Shown here: in pieces, positions 9,557-19,325 of the stretch | Layout: each line of letters begins with the position of its first letter | Position numbering within the stretch: the stretch's first letter is position 1 | Source: a virus | Strand: one strand, 5' to 3' | IMG/VR virus record: IMGVR_UViG_3300028423_001099 | Span: 22,577-86,576 of that record | Length of the DNA stretch: 64,000 bases | The notes under the pieces: generated by a model | Database searches by the model: none | What the model was told of the DNA's origin: nothing | Seen by the model: only the letters and a program-made list of their open reading frames with translations | Translations under genes and position numbers: made by a program

Positions 9557-9781
9557 CTATTTCTTAGAAAGCATATATTGTGCTATAGATGCTGAAAACT
9601 CATTGGCACGCAACACTTTAAAATCTGTCACGGGCTCAATGTTTGAAATTTCAAGACGGTTGGTGTTCCGGTCGAAGCGCTCTTCAATCATATAGCATTC
9701 ATGACAAATTTTTTCTAGCATTTCCATGGGCACTGCTAGTCTACCATAACCGCCTATTATCACATAGTCTTTATCAGCCAT
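9557..9781 (-). CDS. Hypothetical protein
   Basis: 74-aa ORF overlapping the end of the upstream gene. Confidence 0.55.
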   Translation of the reverse strand: MADKDYVIIGGYGRLAVPMEMLEKICHECYMIEERFDRNTNRLEISNIEPVTDFKVLRANEFSASIAQYMLSKK

Positions 9782-10556
9782 TGTGATAACCAGTAGAATT
9801 GAAGTAGCGCATGGATCTCATGATATAGGGCAACACAAACTCATCTACAAATTGACGATGTGCATCACTGCTGGGATGATCATCGTTGGGGCGCGAAAAA
9901 GGTATTTGTTTGTATTCTACCCATTGACTCATGTTTGTGTCGCAGGGCCATTTTGAAAAGTCAATCTCTGCATACATAGGTGCTAGGTCAGGCATTGCAA
10001 TCAAGTCATCTGTGCCTTCTCTGATGCAATCATGACTGTATTCCAGCATAAAATAGTCAATGCCTTTGGCACGTAAAAACCATTGTGTTTTCAGCACACT
10101 CTCAAGGGTCAGCAACATACCACCCACACTATCATAAAAGTGTTCAAAGTACATCACACTGGTTGGATCTTCCCAGTTTACGTTTATGAGATATTGATAG
10201 CGATTTTGATCTCTAAGCCATGTGGGATTCTGATAGTTTTTGTGTTCGTGGTCTGTCACTGGTATACTGGTGTGCGGAAAATTAGGGTTGGTGCTGTAAG
10301 CATCCATGCGGTTTCGACCACTCCACATAATTCCCACAAGCACGTCACTGGGATCATAGCCTTGATCCAGTGCGTCAAGAACTGCATATATAATCAGCCG
10401 ACTAATCACAGTGTTACCTGCAGCACCAATGCCTGTGTGCACAGTTTTTTCAAACTCCAGTGATTCAGCAACATGGGCAGGCCAAGTCTTATCAGCATTG
10501 GGCACTTGGCTAAAACTACAGCCTCCGCTGATGAATATTTTTTTATCAGTCTTCAT
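9774..10556 (-). CDS. SGNH/GDSL-like hydrolase-fold protein
   Basis: GGCSF block I, GAAGN, D.HP near the C-terminus. Confidence 0.65.
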   Translation of the reverse strand: MKTDKKIFISGGCSFSQVPNADKTWPAHVAESLEFEKTVHTGIGAAGNTVISRLIIYAVLDALDQGYDPSDVLVGIMWSGRNRMDAYSTNPNFPHTSIPVTDHEHKNYQNPTWLRDQNRYQYLINVNWEDPTSVMYFEHFYDSVGGMLLTLESVLKTQWFLRAKGIDYFMLEYSHDCIREGTDDLIAMPDLAPMYAEIDFSKWPCDTNMSQWVEYKQIPFSRPNDDHPSSDAHRQFVDEFVLPYIMRSMRYFNSTGYHNG

Positions 10557-10557
10557 A

Positions 10558-11097
10558 TCAGAGATTATGCACATTAAAGGCCTTATAAGTGCGCTGAACG
10601 CACACTGCCTGCCAGTATGCATCGTCGTCAGCACTGTGTAGATTTTGCTGAACTTCTTTGCGCGGGTCTTTGGGCATCATGTTAAAAATAGTGCGACAGT
10701 CCATGATCTGCCAGAATGCCCAGTTTCTGTGATGCTGAAACTGGTCATAGAGATTTTCCAAGATAACCATATCAAACTGTGGTCCTTGACACCAAATTTT
10801 GTTGACACCCACTAGGTACTTGTTGAGTTCGCCAAAAAACTGCTCCAGTGGTATTCTGCCCTCTTCAGTGAACGTGCTTTCTCGTATCTTTTCGTCCTGC
10901 TTGCCCCACCATGCCAGTGTGTCCTCACCAACTGCTCTTCCTGCTTGCAACTGCTGTTCCACAGCTGGTCTCCACAACTGTTTGCTGTTGGGCTCTGTGA
11001 GCACATATGGATCAAATTTACATGCACCCACAGTGAGCACTGCTGCACCAGGTGATGTGTCAAGTGTCTCGATGTCAATCATTGCATGTGTTGTCAT
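10558..11097 (-). CDS. DEDD 3'-5' exonuclease (DexA/Rv2179c-like)
   Basis: MIDIETL, WCQGPQFD, HSADDDA motifs. Confidence 0.85.
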   Translation of the reverse strand: MTTHAMIDIETLDTSPGAAVLTVGACKFDPYVLTEPNSKQLWRPAVEQQLQAGRAVGEDTLAWWGKQDEKIRESTFTEEGRIPLEQFFGELNKYLVGVNKIWCQGPQFDMVILENLYDQFQHHRNWAFWQIMDCRTIFNMMPKDPRKEVQQNLHSADDDAYWQAVCVQRTYKAFNVHNL

Positions 11098-11132
11098 CTA
11101 CAAACCTTTCTAAACTTTAACTGTGTGCATGC

Positions 11133-11161
11133 ATTTTATATGATATTGTTGCCTGTGTCAA
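11133..11161 (-). promoter_or_regulatory. Sigma70-like early promoter
   Basis: TTGACA-N17-TAAAAT upstream of the exonuclease gene. Confidence 0.65.
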
Positions 11162-11188
11162 CACAGATTTCAGAAACGGTCACAGTAG

Positions 11189-11746
11189 CTAGCACCTGAT
11201 ATCAGGAGGTTTTGCTATGTCATACTTCATGGACAACGCATGAAACACACTGTTTGTGCCTCGTGCTATTTTCCAATTTATCACAGGGTCACTGAGAATT
11301 CTCTGCTTTGTTGTGGGCTGACAGCCTTCGAGCCACACAATATCTTCGTGTGTGTATACTCTAATGTCTTGTTGTAACCAATGCACAAATCCCAAGCTAC
11401 GCCAATGCACACATGATAGCCAGGAAAGTCCTCCTATTAGGATGCTCGGCGATTTTTTTAGTGATTCACTGAAATCAAACATGGTAAAAACCTGTGGCAA
11501 TGTGTATGCATTTACACAGTTGAGATTTTTTCCCATGTTTGCACTTTGAATATTTTCCACAATATATGGATCGGTAGGTCCGTTATCTCTGCCGTATGTG
11601 GCAAACACCACTGTGTCAAAGTTTAATCTGCTGAGCATTTTCACAAGACGTTTATAAAAATCCAAACCATGATCAACTTTATAAACTGTGTGATCCCAGC
11701 AATCAATGAGAACCACAAGATCATAGTTGTTGGGCTCGTCAATCAT
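11189..11746 (-). CDS. Hypothetical protein, possibly isochorismatase-like fold
   Basis: VVLIDCW and IGG.SW..CVH.R.LG motifs; start overlaps upstream stop. Confidence 0.45.
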   Translation of the reverse strand: MIDEPNNYDLVVLIDCWDHTVYKVDHGLDFYKRLVKMLSRLNFDTVVFATYGRDNGPTDPYIVENIQSANMGKNLNCVNAYTLPQVFTMFDFSESLKKSPSILIGGLSWLSCVHWRSLGFVHWLQQDIRVYTHEDIVWLEGCQPTTKQRILSDPVINWKIARGTNSVFHALSMKYDIAKPPDIRC

Positions 11747-12482
11747 GGGCTTTCCTTTGAATGAGATCAACAAGTCTGTTGGCAAAAAATCTATGAGCCT
11801 CTGCACTAGGGTGACCATTTGGCATTTGACCCAATCTCTGACTGCCTTTAAATACCAGCGAAGGTGAAATATTATTCCAGTGGTTACAGAGTCTAAAACA
11901 GGTTTTGCTGAATTCTGCGTCAACATCTTCATTGAATATACCATACCATCTGCGACGACTTGATATATCACTCAATGTGTTGCATCGAGATTGTTCATGT
12001 CCGGGCACACTGGTATGTATGTATCGAACTCCCAGATTCTTCAAATAGATATCAGCATGCTGAATATAGATCACATTGTTGAAAATACCATCTACAATGG
12101 TTTGAAGTCCAGGGTCTGCATAGTATGCATAATTGGCACGATCGATCCATGAACCCTGACTGCTAAAATGAGGGTTATCGCTGTCAATGCTCCAGTGTGT
12201 TAGGTCTACAGCCTTGTTATCATCTGTGATCACACAGTGCCTGTTGAAAAAACTCCACATGACTATTACTATATCAGACTCTTGAAAATCGAATGTCATT
12301 ATTTCGTGGAGTATGTGCTTGTTGCCGATGCTGCTTATGCCCTGATTAACACATTCAAGTCCTAGGATGTCCGCAGCAATCTGAGGCCATGCATGCTTGC
12401 TTGGATTATTTGTGCCTGACACACAGCCAGGTAACTCGTCGCCGTATGTGAAACTACAGCCAAATGCAACCAGGCGACTCAT
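11739..12482 (-). CDS. SGNH-like hydrolase-fold protein
   Basis: FGCSFTYG, NQG..SIGN, GHP motifs. Confidence 0.65.
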   Translation of the reverse strand: MSRLVAFGCSFTYGDELPGCVSGTNNPSKHAWPQIAADILGLECVNQGISSIGNKHILHEIMTFDFQESDIVIVMWSFFNRHCVITDDNKAVDLTHWSIDSDNPHFSSQGSWIDRANYAYYADPGLQTIVDGIFNNVIYIQHADIYLKNLGVRYIHTSVPGHEQSRCNTLSDISSRRRWYGIFNEDVDAEFSKTCFRLCNHWNNISPSLVFKGSQRLGQMPNGHPSAEAHRFFANRLVDLIQRKAHD

Positions 12483-13330
12483 AGCACCAGTTTTTCATCG
12501 TCCTCGGCTTTATTCTTGGATTCCAACTGCCCTGCACCTTTCACAGATTTGTCCCAGACCATTTTTTCAAATGGATCCTGCTCGCCTGCTTGAACTCGAT
12601 TCCACCATTCTGAGGGCTGACCAATCTTTTCCAAAAACCAAGCAATCTTGTATGCACTTCTCACACGCGCTTGTTGCATCTCTGAGTGACCAAAGTCTCT
12701 GGGGTCATCGGGGTTTCCTTCCATATATTTGCGATTGTGAAAGGTTTCATCGTCGTTGTTGCCTGTGATGTCTGCACGGTCGTGTGTGATATGCACTTCA
12801 GTTCTCTCAAAGATGTCCAACATGTAGGCAATGTGGCTTACCCAGGCATCATTTTGTGCATTGAGGCTGATGTGATCCATCAAGCGGAACCAATCTGCAG
12901 GTACGATGGGCAAGATAGCATAGGGGTGGCCATCATGGTTGTCAGTGGGTGCCAGCAGCTTGAACTCACCGTTGTGGCCCTCAATGATGTTGTCCCAGCC
13001 CGGTGTGTCCATGAGTGCATCGTCGTTCCAGATGAATAGCCACTGACCCGATGCTGCACTAGCCAGTGTGTTCACATAGGTGTGCAGGTTCTCATAGCCC
13101 AGTGGCTGAAAGATCTGTGCACGGCATTCTACCCCGTGTTCCGTGAGATAGGGAGCAACTTCTGATTGCAGATACTCTTTGACCTCTGTGTCATCATCGT
13201 CGATGCCCAGCATGATCTCTACCCTAGTGGGGTCAGTGGCATTGTCGATCAAGCTAACCAGACTGTTTTTCAGTGTTTGAGTTCTGCCTCTGGTGGGCAG
13301 CAGGATGCTTATGGTAGTTTTGTCAGTCAT
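12479..13330 (-). CDS. Family 2-like glycosyltransferase
   Basis: ISILLPTRGR, IDDDD, WNDD (DxD-like). Confidence 0.8.
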   Translation of the reverse strand: MTDKTTISILLPTRGRTQTLKNSLVSLIDNATDPTRVEIMLGIDDDDTEVKEYLQSEVAPYLTEHGVECRAQIFQPLGYENLHTYVNTLASAASGQWLFIWNDDALMDTPGWDNIIEGHNGEFKLLAPTDNHDGHPYAILPIVPADWFRLMDHISLNAQNDAWVSHIAYMLDIFERTEVHITHDRADITGNNDDETFHNRKYMEGNPDDPRDFGHSEMQQARVRSAYKIAWFLEKIGQPSEWWNRVQAGEQDPFEKMVWDKSVKGAGQLESKNKAEDDEKLVL

Positions 13331-13527
13331 TGTGTATTCCTGTTATTTGTTATTGAGCTTGAGCAAACTGTATTGATGTTAAGATCATAGAACACAATGT
13401 TGCCTGTTAGTCTCTCATATGGTGTGTAGACATCATTGTTAAAGTCATACACTATGCGCTGGCCTTCCAGAAAGGCTATAGCAATTTCTGTTTGTTCCTC
13501 ACTTGTCGGTTTTCTTGGAGGTGTCAT
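13327..13527 (-). CDS. Small hypothetical protein
   Basis: Fills the gap between two GT genes; ATGA overlap downstream. Confidence 0.4.
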   Translation of the reverse strand: MTPPRKPTSEEQTEIAIAFLEGQRIVYDFNNDVYTPYERLTGNIVFYDLNINTVCSSSITNNRNTQ

Positions 13528-14431
13528 TTTTGCCTGTGAACAGTTTTCTGATGTTGCCACGAAATGTGTAGTGACCTACGTGGTTCAGTGCAGTCCTCGG
13601 ATCAAGATACACATCGCCGCCCAGGTTTTGCCACAGTCTGCAGAAAGTGTAGTCTTCACTGAGATAGCGACGGCTCTCTGGATCAATCATAGTATCAAAC
13701 AGTGCATACATGTAAGGCTCAAACTTTTGATCCACGTTGATATCATTGACATATTTGAGCTCTGGGTGTGCATCAAACAGTTGCTGGATGGCCTCTTTTT
13801 TGATGCACATAAATCCTGTGCCAGCATCTTTAAGCTTTACTAAATTGTCTACGATCTGGACCTGTCCAGTTTTAGCGCCCGATTCGTCTTCCACAAAATC
13901 AAAGTTCACCACATAGTTGGAACTATGTCCTTCAATGGTATCAGCAGTTTCACTGGGGTCATTTCTAGCAGCAGTGATTATGCTGTTCCAGTTCACTGCC
14001 TTCTTGGGATAAGCACCCACAATCACAGGCTTGTCATAGGCCACCATTCTGAGCAGGTCTTCTGCATTGAATTCAATGTCTGCATCAATGAAGAACAGAT
14101 GTGTGGCTTCGGAGTTTTCCATGAAGAAACTGGTCAGTGTGTTACGGCCTCTGGTAACCAAGCTCTCGTTGGCCAGTGTGCTCACAGTAAAAGGAATATC
14201 ATACTTGTTGCATAGGATGCTGAGGCGCATCATGCTGCGAAAGTAAGGCTCTCCAATCTGTCCACCATAGCATGGTGTAGCAATAAAAATATGCTTGCTG
14301 CGCAGGAGACCCACTGGAATCTCAATCTTGGAATCGAGCAGTTGATGTAAAACATCACTGTTTGATGTTGTGGTCTGTGAGTTATGGTTTTTCTTGTTTT
14401 TTTTGGTTTTTTTCTGTGTGTTTTTGGGCAT
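13499..14431 (-). CDS. GT-A fold glycosyltransferase-like protein
   Basis: IATPCYGG, ESLVTRGRN, FIDAD, GTGFM, LSEDYTFC motifs. Confidence 0.8.
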   Translation of the reverse strand: MPKNTQKKTKKNKKNHNSQTTTSNSDVLHQLLDSKIEIPVGLLRSKHIFIATPCYGGQIGEPYFRSMMRLSILCNKYDIPFTVSTLANESLVTRGRNTLTSFFMENSEATHLFFIDADIEFNAEDLLRMVAYDKPVIVGAYPKKAVNWNSIITAARNDPSETADTIEGHSSNYVVNFDFVEDESGAKTGQVQIVDNLVKLKDAGTGFMCIKKEAIQQLFDAHPELKYVNDINVDQKFEPYMYALFDTMIDPESRRYLSEDYTFCRLWQNLGGDVYLDPRTALNHVGHYTFRGNIRKLFTGKNDTSKKTDK

Positions 14432-14556
14432 CTGTGTACTCTCAAGTATGTGGTTATGCAAAACAACCTGGTTTAGAGATGTAAATCAACTTTAGCTGTC
14501 TTAGTCACAGAGTATTTACAGTGCCGAACATGTCCATGTGTTTGTTTTCGGCACAC

Positions 14557-14582
14557 AAAAACACGGACATAATTGTCCGTGT
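14557..14582 (-). terminator. Rho-independent terminator
   Basis: ACACGGACA/TGTCCGTGT stem followed by a T-run on the minus strand. Confidence 0.5.
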
Positions 14583-14607
14583 CTGTTTTACAATAATTTT
14601 CTGGGGA

Positions 14608-14775
14608 TTATCTTTCGTTAGGACGTTTGCTCACAAACTGATTAAGGCTTTCTGCTTCGTCGAGCACTTCTTCAGTGGTAGGCATGTCTTCGGGGTTTTT
14701 GGCTCGTGCTTGAAGTATTTCTCTGGCTTCACGCACAAGATCCAAACGAATTTCGTAAGGAGTTTTGTTTGACAT
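14608..14775 (-). CDS. Small phage protein MSNKTPYEIRLDLVREARE (55 aa, not in the ORF track)
   Basis: AAGGA RBS, AATAAATA upstream, terminator downstream. Confidence 0.7.
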   Translation of the reverse strand: MSNKTPYEIRLDLVREAREILQARAKNPEDMPTTEEVLDEAESLNQFVSKRPNER

Positions 14776-14872
14776 TTTTCTAATCCTTTATTACACGCCG
14801 GCTTCAGCGCATTAACTTAGTAATATTTATTAAAAAAATGTCAAAAAGTTATAACTGTACATTGAGAAGATT

Positions 14873-15331
14873 CTAGTGACATTTTTGGTCGATCCAGTGT
14901 TTCACATACAGCCTGGTTTCCAAGGTGTGTGCTTCTGCTTCCCAAGGCAAATGTCTGTACACCGTGCCTTCCTTGACACCTTTGCCGGTCTGGGTCCAAA
15001 CTGTACCGTCGCTGGATAACTGTCCTTTTATAAGCTGCTTGGCATGAACCAACTCATGTGCTAGACTGATCAACACAGTGGAATAATCGTATGCTATGTA
15101 TGTGCCAGTTTGTAGATCAGTGTAGCCTTTGGCAACATCGATCCATACTTCATTTTTGTCGCCATGACAAAATCCATAAACACCAGACCCTAAACAGCGA
15201 CGAAAATGTATCCACACATCCACAGGTCGCTGAAATCGCCGTGTAAAGAAACTTGATAGTACATCACGAGCATACTCAGTGACCTGATGTTTGTTTTTGA
15301 TAGTACCACTTATTGTTACTTCAAAGCACAC
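14873..15331 (-). CDS. HExxH zinc metallopeptidase-like protein
   Basis: LAHELVHAKQ and PWEAEA; AGGAGA RBS. Confidence 0.75.
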   Translation of the reverse strand: MCFEVTISGTIKNKHQVTEYARDVLSSFFTRRFQRPVDVWIHFRRCLGSGVYGFCHGDKNEVWIDVAKGYTDLQTGTYIAYDYSTVLISLAHELVHAKQLIKGQLSSDGTVWTQTGKGVKEGTVYRHLPWEAEAHTLETRLYVKHWIDQKCH

Positions 15332-15400
15332 AGTCTATCTCCTGAAAATTCCTACTAAATTATGATAACACATTGTGTATTTTATAGCAAGTTCAACAAA

Positions 15401-16438
15401 TTACCAGTCAAAGCTGTAGGAATTTATGTCAATAAGGCAGTTATTGTCAATGATATCTTGTGCCTGTTTGAGCACATCTTCAGCTTCTGTGCTAAAAACT
15501 GGCATGGAAAGGCTTTTGTCGTCGGGTATATTTAGATGGAACAAAGGATATCTGTATCGACAGTCAAAATCATTGTATCGCCCGGTTTGCATAGCTAAAT
15601 GAACTTTGAGCCTCTCAAATCCAGTGAATTTTTTCAATGGCATCATAAAATCAAAGCCAAAGCTGTTGTAAAATGCCTGCTTGTATTCGTCTACACTTGA
15701 CTTCAACGTGTCGCCAAAGTTGGCAATTATTTTTTTGTTTTCAAGCACCCAAAAGTTTTGTTTTAACGCTTTGTAATAGATTTCACTGCTCATGAGAAAG
15801 GGATCTCTGATAAGTGTCATGTGGTTGTCTGATGCCATTTTCACATATGGCATGACCAGTCTTCGAAAATGTGTTACTTGACTATTCACAACTCCATCGG
15901 TCAGCGATGAAGGCCACCTGAATGGCAGAACCGCAACGTTATTTTGGTGTCCTATCACAGGAAATTCGCCTCCCATGAGAACTGGCAGATTTTGATCTGC
16001 TAGATGCTGCTCTATGGCATATAGATGGCAAGCAATCTGTGGGCTCAATGCATAATACTTTTTTGCTACGCTGGTCAGCTCATTGTCTAAAAAATGCTTT
16101 AAATCAATGTCGACAACATGATGTGTGATTTGATGTTTTTGACAAAACCGCGTGGCCATCAGCACATCACTGGAGTTTACAACGTCATCATTCCAGAAAT
16201 ACTGGAATGTATATGCTTGCATGCTTTTGCAGTGCTTTTTTGCAAGATGCGCAGAAAATTGACTGTCAAGACCCCCACTGAGACACAGCAAAATTTCTGG
16301 ATACTCTGCAAACTGCTCAGCCCACATACTCTCCAACGACCTATTGGTTTTTTCTAGGCACACATGCACTGTTTTTGCCTGTAGATCAAAGGTCACTGCT
16401 TCGGGCTTTCCCAGTGAGAATGTGTTCTTTGCAGTCAA
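15401..16438 (-). CDS. PP-loop ATP pyrophosphatase (asparagine-synthetase-like)
   Basis: LCLSGGLDS PP-loop, MGGE; start uncertain (TTG 16438). Confidence 0.6.
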   Translation of the reverse strand: MTAKNTFSLGKPEAVTFDLQAKTVHVCLEKTNRSLESMWAEQFAEYPEILLCLSGGLDSQFSAHLAKKHCKSMQAYTFQYFWNDDVVNSSDVLMATRFCQKHQITHHVVDIDLKHFLDNELTSVAKKYYALSPQIACHLYAIEQHLADQNLPVLMGGEFPVIGHQNNVAVLPFRWPSSLTDGVVNSQVTHFRRLVMPYVKMASDNHMTLIRDPFLMSSEIYYKALKQNFWVLENKKIIANFGDTLKSSVDEYKQAFYNSFGFDFMMPLKKFTGFERLKVHLAMQTGRYNDFDCRYRYPLFHLNIPDDKSLSMPVFSTEAEDVLKQAQDIIDNNCLIDINSYSFDW

Positions 16439-16466
16439 TATTTTGCCTTTGTTATAACATAGATTT

Positions 16467-16474
16467 GATAAATA
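16467..16474 (+). promoter_or_regulatory. Late-promoter-like GATAAATA
   Basis: Upstream of the protease gene. Confidence 0.55.
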
Positions 16475-16520
16475 CTTATTGATAAAACATCGCAAACCCA
16501 CGATTTCACGGAGATCTCGA

Positions 16521-18041
16521 ATGTCATTGTATATTGTTAAACTAGATAAAGCCAATTACCCAGGCGGAGACACAGAAGCTCGTTCTGCCATGTCTTCAGC
16601 AGGAATTGCGGTTGAAAAAGCATTTCAACTATCACCATTGATGTACTTAGTAAACGGAGATGCCAATGACATCGACTCCCTGCCGGGATTGATGCACAAA
16701 GAGCAACATTCAACTGGATACAATGTTAGCCTGGAAAATCTCAACACTGATCATTTGAAACTCACTGTTGACAGTGCCGGAACCACAGAGTTTAATCCAA
16801 AATACACAGGCAACAATGTTGACATTTATCTAGTTGACACAGGTGTTAATCAGTCGCATACAGAATTTCAAGGCTCTACCATCAATGACTTGTACACCAA
16901 CTTTGAAAACAATTACAGCGATGATGTTGGACACGGCACTGCAATGGCAAGTCTGCTGGTAGGGCAAAACATCGGAGCTGCCAAAGATGCTCAATTGCAC
17001 AATGTGAAGCTGTTTGGCAATAGCAACAGTACTGTTGTTATTGGAGAAATAATTGATGCACTAGAGTCTGTGCTAGTGCAGCATAATACCAGCTCAGGAA
17101 ATAACATCGCAATTGTGTGCGCTCCGTGGGTAATTAATTTTAGTGCATTGTTGAATGACGTTGTCGAGAGCATGCTGTCACATGGTATAATTTTTGTATG
17201 TGCGGCAGGAAATTCAAGTGCCGATGTTGAGAACTTTTCGCCAGCATCAGTGAAAGATGCTATCACTGTGGGAGCATACAACAGAAACTTTGAGGTTACA
17301 TCATTTACAAATACACCGTGGACAAACAATGAGCCCACTGAGCCCACGTTGGTCAACTATGGTCGTTCTTTGGATATTTTTGCACTTGGTGTGGACGTAA
17401 CAGCTGCTAGCATTGGAGCAAATGATGATTATTTGCAGGCCACCGGTACCAGCACATCGGCCGCGATTGCTGCAGGAGTTCTAGCTCATTACATAGAAGC
17501 GCATCAGAACAGATCGTCAGCAGAAATCAAACAAATATTCTTGATGGAAGGTCATTATCTTGGCCGGACCAACCTGGTTTTTGACAACCAGAATTCAAAT
17601 GTTGATTACAGTGAAGTTAATAGTTCTGTGGTGACTACAGAAAGAATCGATGAAAATAGTTTGACCACCAAACCTTCAGGCAGGCTTACAAATATCAAAG
17701 CTGGTGAGACAGCGCAAGTTGACCTAGGACTTAACAGCAACGCCACAGAAGTAGAGCTGTTGGATTTTGCACCAGCCCCAAGCTGGATAACAGTAGATTT
17801 AAGCACAGGAATAGTAACAGTTGATGCAGGAAATTTGACCAACGAAACCGTGCCAGGAAATTATATTTTTGCATTAAAAGGCAATGTCAACGATCAAGTT
17901 CTGGTTGAAGAGTTTGCTGTAGGGGTTTATCAAGATAGCGAAGCAGAGTTAGCGAGCGAAGACGTGTCAGCGTTCTACTATGATGCTGACAGCGATGCAT
18001 ACGATGAAGTAGCAGACCTATCTCTTGCCTCAAAGTTCTAA
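16521..18041 (+). CDS. Subtilisin-family (S8) serine protease with C-terminal beta-rich domain
   Basis: LVDTG, GHGT, AAGN, GTS catalytic motifs; GGAG RBS. Confidence 0.9.
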   Translation: MSLYIVKLDKANYPGGDTEARSAMSSAGIAVEKAFQLSPLMYLVNGDANDIDSLPGLMHKEQHSTGYNVSLENLNTDHLKLTVDSAGTTEFNPKYTGNNVDIYLVDTGVNQSHTEFQGSTINDLYTNFENNYSDDVGHGTAMASLLVGQNIGAAKDAQLHNVKLFGNSNSTVVIGEIIDALESVLVQHNTSSGNNIAIVCAPWVINFSALLNDVVESMLSHGIIFVCAAGNSSADVENFSPASVKDAITVGAYNRNFEVTSFTNTPWTNNEPTEPTLVNYGRSLDIFALGVDVTAASIGANDDYLQATGTSTSAAIAAGVLAHYIEAHQNRSSAEIKQIFLMEGHYLGRTNLVFDNQNSNVDYSEVNSSVVTTERIDENSLTTKPSGRLTNIKAGETAQVDLGLNSNATEVELLDFAPAPSWITVDLSTGIVTVDAGNLTNETVPGNYIFALKGNVNDQVLVEEFAVGVYQDSEAELASEDVSAFYYDADSDAYDEVADLSLASKF

Positions 18042-18056
18042 CAGGGCAATTGTGCG

Positions 18057-19064
18057 TTGACCTGCAATATCCTAGATGTAACTACATCAAATACTGTTTA
18101 CAATCCAACTTCAGCACAGGGACAATGGTTTCAGCACCGCTGGGGTCCTAGACAATATCCACAGTTATCAGTAGATCTCAAGTGGGTTAAAAGGTCAGTG
18201 CCCAGGGATCTAAAGTATGAGTTGCGCTGTATTTACGGCGATCCAATCTGCTGGAACGAATTGGTTTATTTTGCAGAATGGACCAAAGTCAAACCAGAGG
18301 TTTTCACATATGCTAACACGGACCAGCAAGATATATTGCATGCCCTCAACAGGATGGGCTGTTACACAGTAATAAGTCTTGACGGTGTTGGCGATCTCTG
18401 CGGCAAGGTAAACTTGGGTGCATCATGGGACAATGTCCAACGTTCAATTGACGCTATATCTGGATGCGGCGCAGTTGAAATGCACACCTTTGAACACAAC
18501 CTACATCAACTGCCTGAGTTATATAAGATCTGCAAAAATCACGATATACAATTGTTTCTCAACTGTGACACCCGCAACGACAAGTTTGGAACATCTGTGA
18601 TTGACAGCAAGTGTAACTGGCTCTATGATGTCAAGCCCTGCGACACAGGAATACACGCAGTCAACGACAATAACATCGAACTCTTACAGGCGGATGCATA
18701 CACAGACACAGAATCTGTGTTTTTAGACAAAAATCTCTGGGCGTTTACTTCACTCCGAACTTACATGCCAGTGTCAAGACATCGCAACATACTAGAGAAT
18801 CCGTTGTTAGGCAACACAGAAATTCCCACAGAAATCAAAAAGAAATTTGACACAGAGTACGAGAGCCAAGAAGGCATGTTTGTAACGCCAGATGAAAAAA
18901 TACTGTGGAATCACAAAGTGTACACAATGTACATGTATCTGTTGGCCAATGACTGGAAGTTGGATAAAAATTACCTAGAGAAAAACAAAGACAATGTGTT
19001 TGTGCTCGAAGTGCTGCTGTATGCACAGCACTTACACAGAGATGTCATTCTACAAACACAGTAG
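18057..19064 (+). CDS. Radical-SAM-fold protein lacking CxxxCxxC
   Basis: GDP, SLDG...G..W..V and FEHN.HQL motifs; cluster cysteines absent. Confidence 0.5.
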   Translation: MTCNILDVTTSNTVYNPTSAQGQWFQHRWGPRQYPQLSVDLKWVKRSVPRDLKYELRCIYGDPICWNELVYFAEWTKVKPEVFTYANTDQQDILHALNRMGCYTVISLDGVGDLCGKVNLGASWDNVQRSIDAISGCGAVEMHTFEHNLHQLPELYKICKNHDIQLFLNCDTRNDKFGTSVIDSKCNWLYDVKPCDTGIHAVNDNNIELLQADAYTDTESVFLDKNLWAFTSLRTYMPVSRHRNILENPLLGNTEIPTEIKKKFDTEYESQEGMFVTPDEKILWNHKVYTMYMYLLANDWKLDKNYLEKNKDNVFVLEVLLYAQHLHRDVILQTQ

Positions 19065-19317
19065 GTGAACCGGTGCTCACAGGATGGCCACAGCTGGCCA
19101 CGCTTCTTCCTGTGATGGACACCGGCCTACTTTGTGCAAATACTGTAACTGCTCCCGACACAACAACAGGATTACTGTGTGGTGGTGCACCATGGGGTGC
19201 TACAGTGTCACCAACTAAGCTGGCTGGTGCACCGTTGATCAGCACAGTAGGAGCGCCTGGGCCTGTGATCACGCCCGACGATACCAAATCAACTCCTACT
19301 CTTGCTTGTAGTCCCAT
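19045..19317 (-). CDS. PAAR-domain spike tip protein (gp5.4-like)
   Basis: ARVGVD, VLING.PA..VGD, PH..PPH, SCGH, GSPTVFV. Confidence 0.88.
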   Translation of the reverse strand: MGLQARVGVDLVSSGVITGPGAPTVLINGAPASLVGDTVAPHGAPPHSNPVVVSGAVTVFAQSRPVSITGRSVASCGHPVSTGSPTVFVE

Positions 19318-19325
19318 ACTGTTAT

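Noticed and set aside
15401-18041. Lasso-peptide gene cluster
   Set aside because: No precursor, RRE or transglutaminase-like leader peptidase seen; only the PP-loop similarity.
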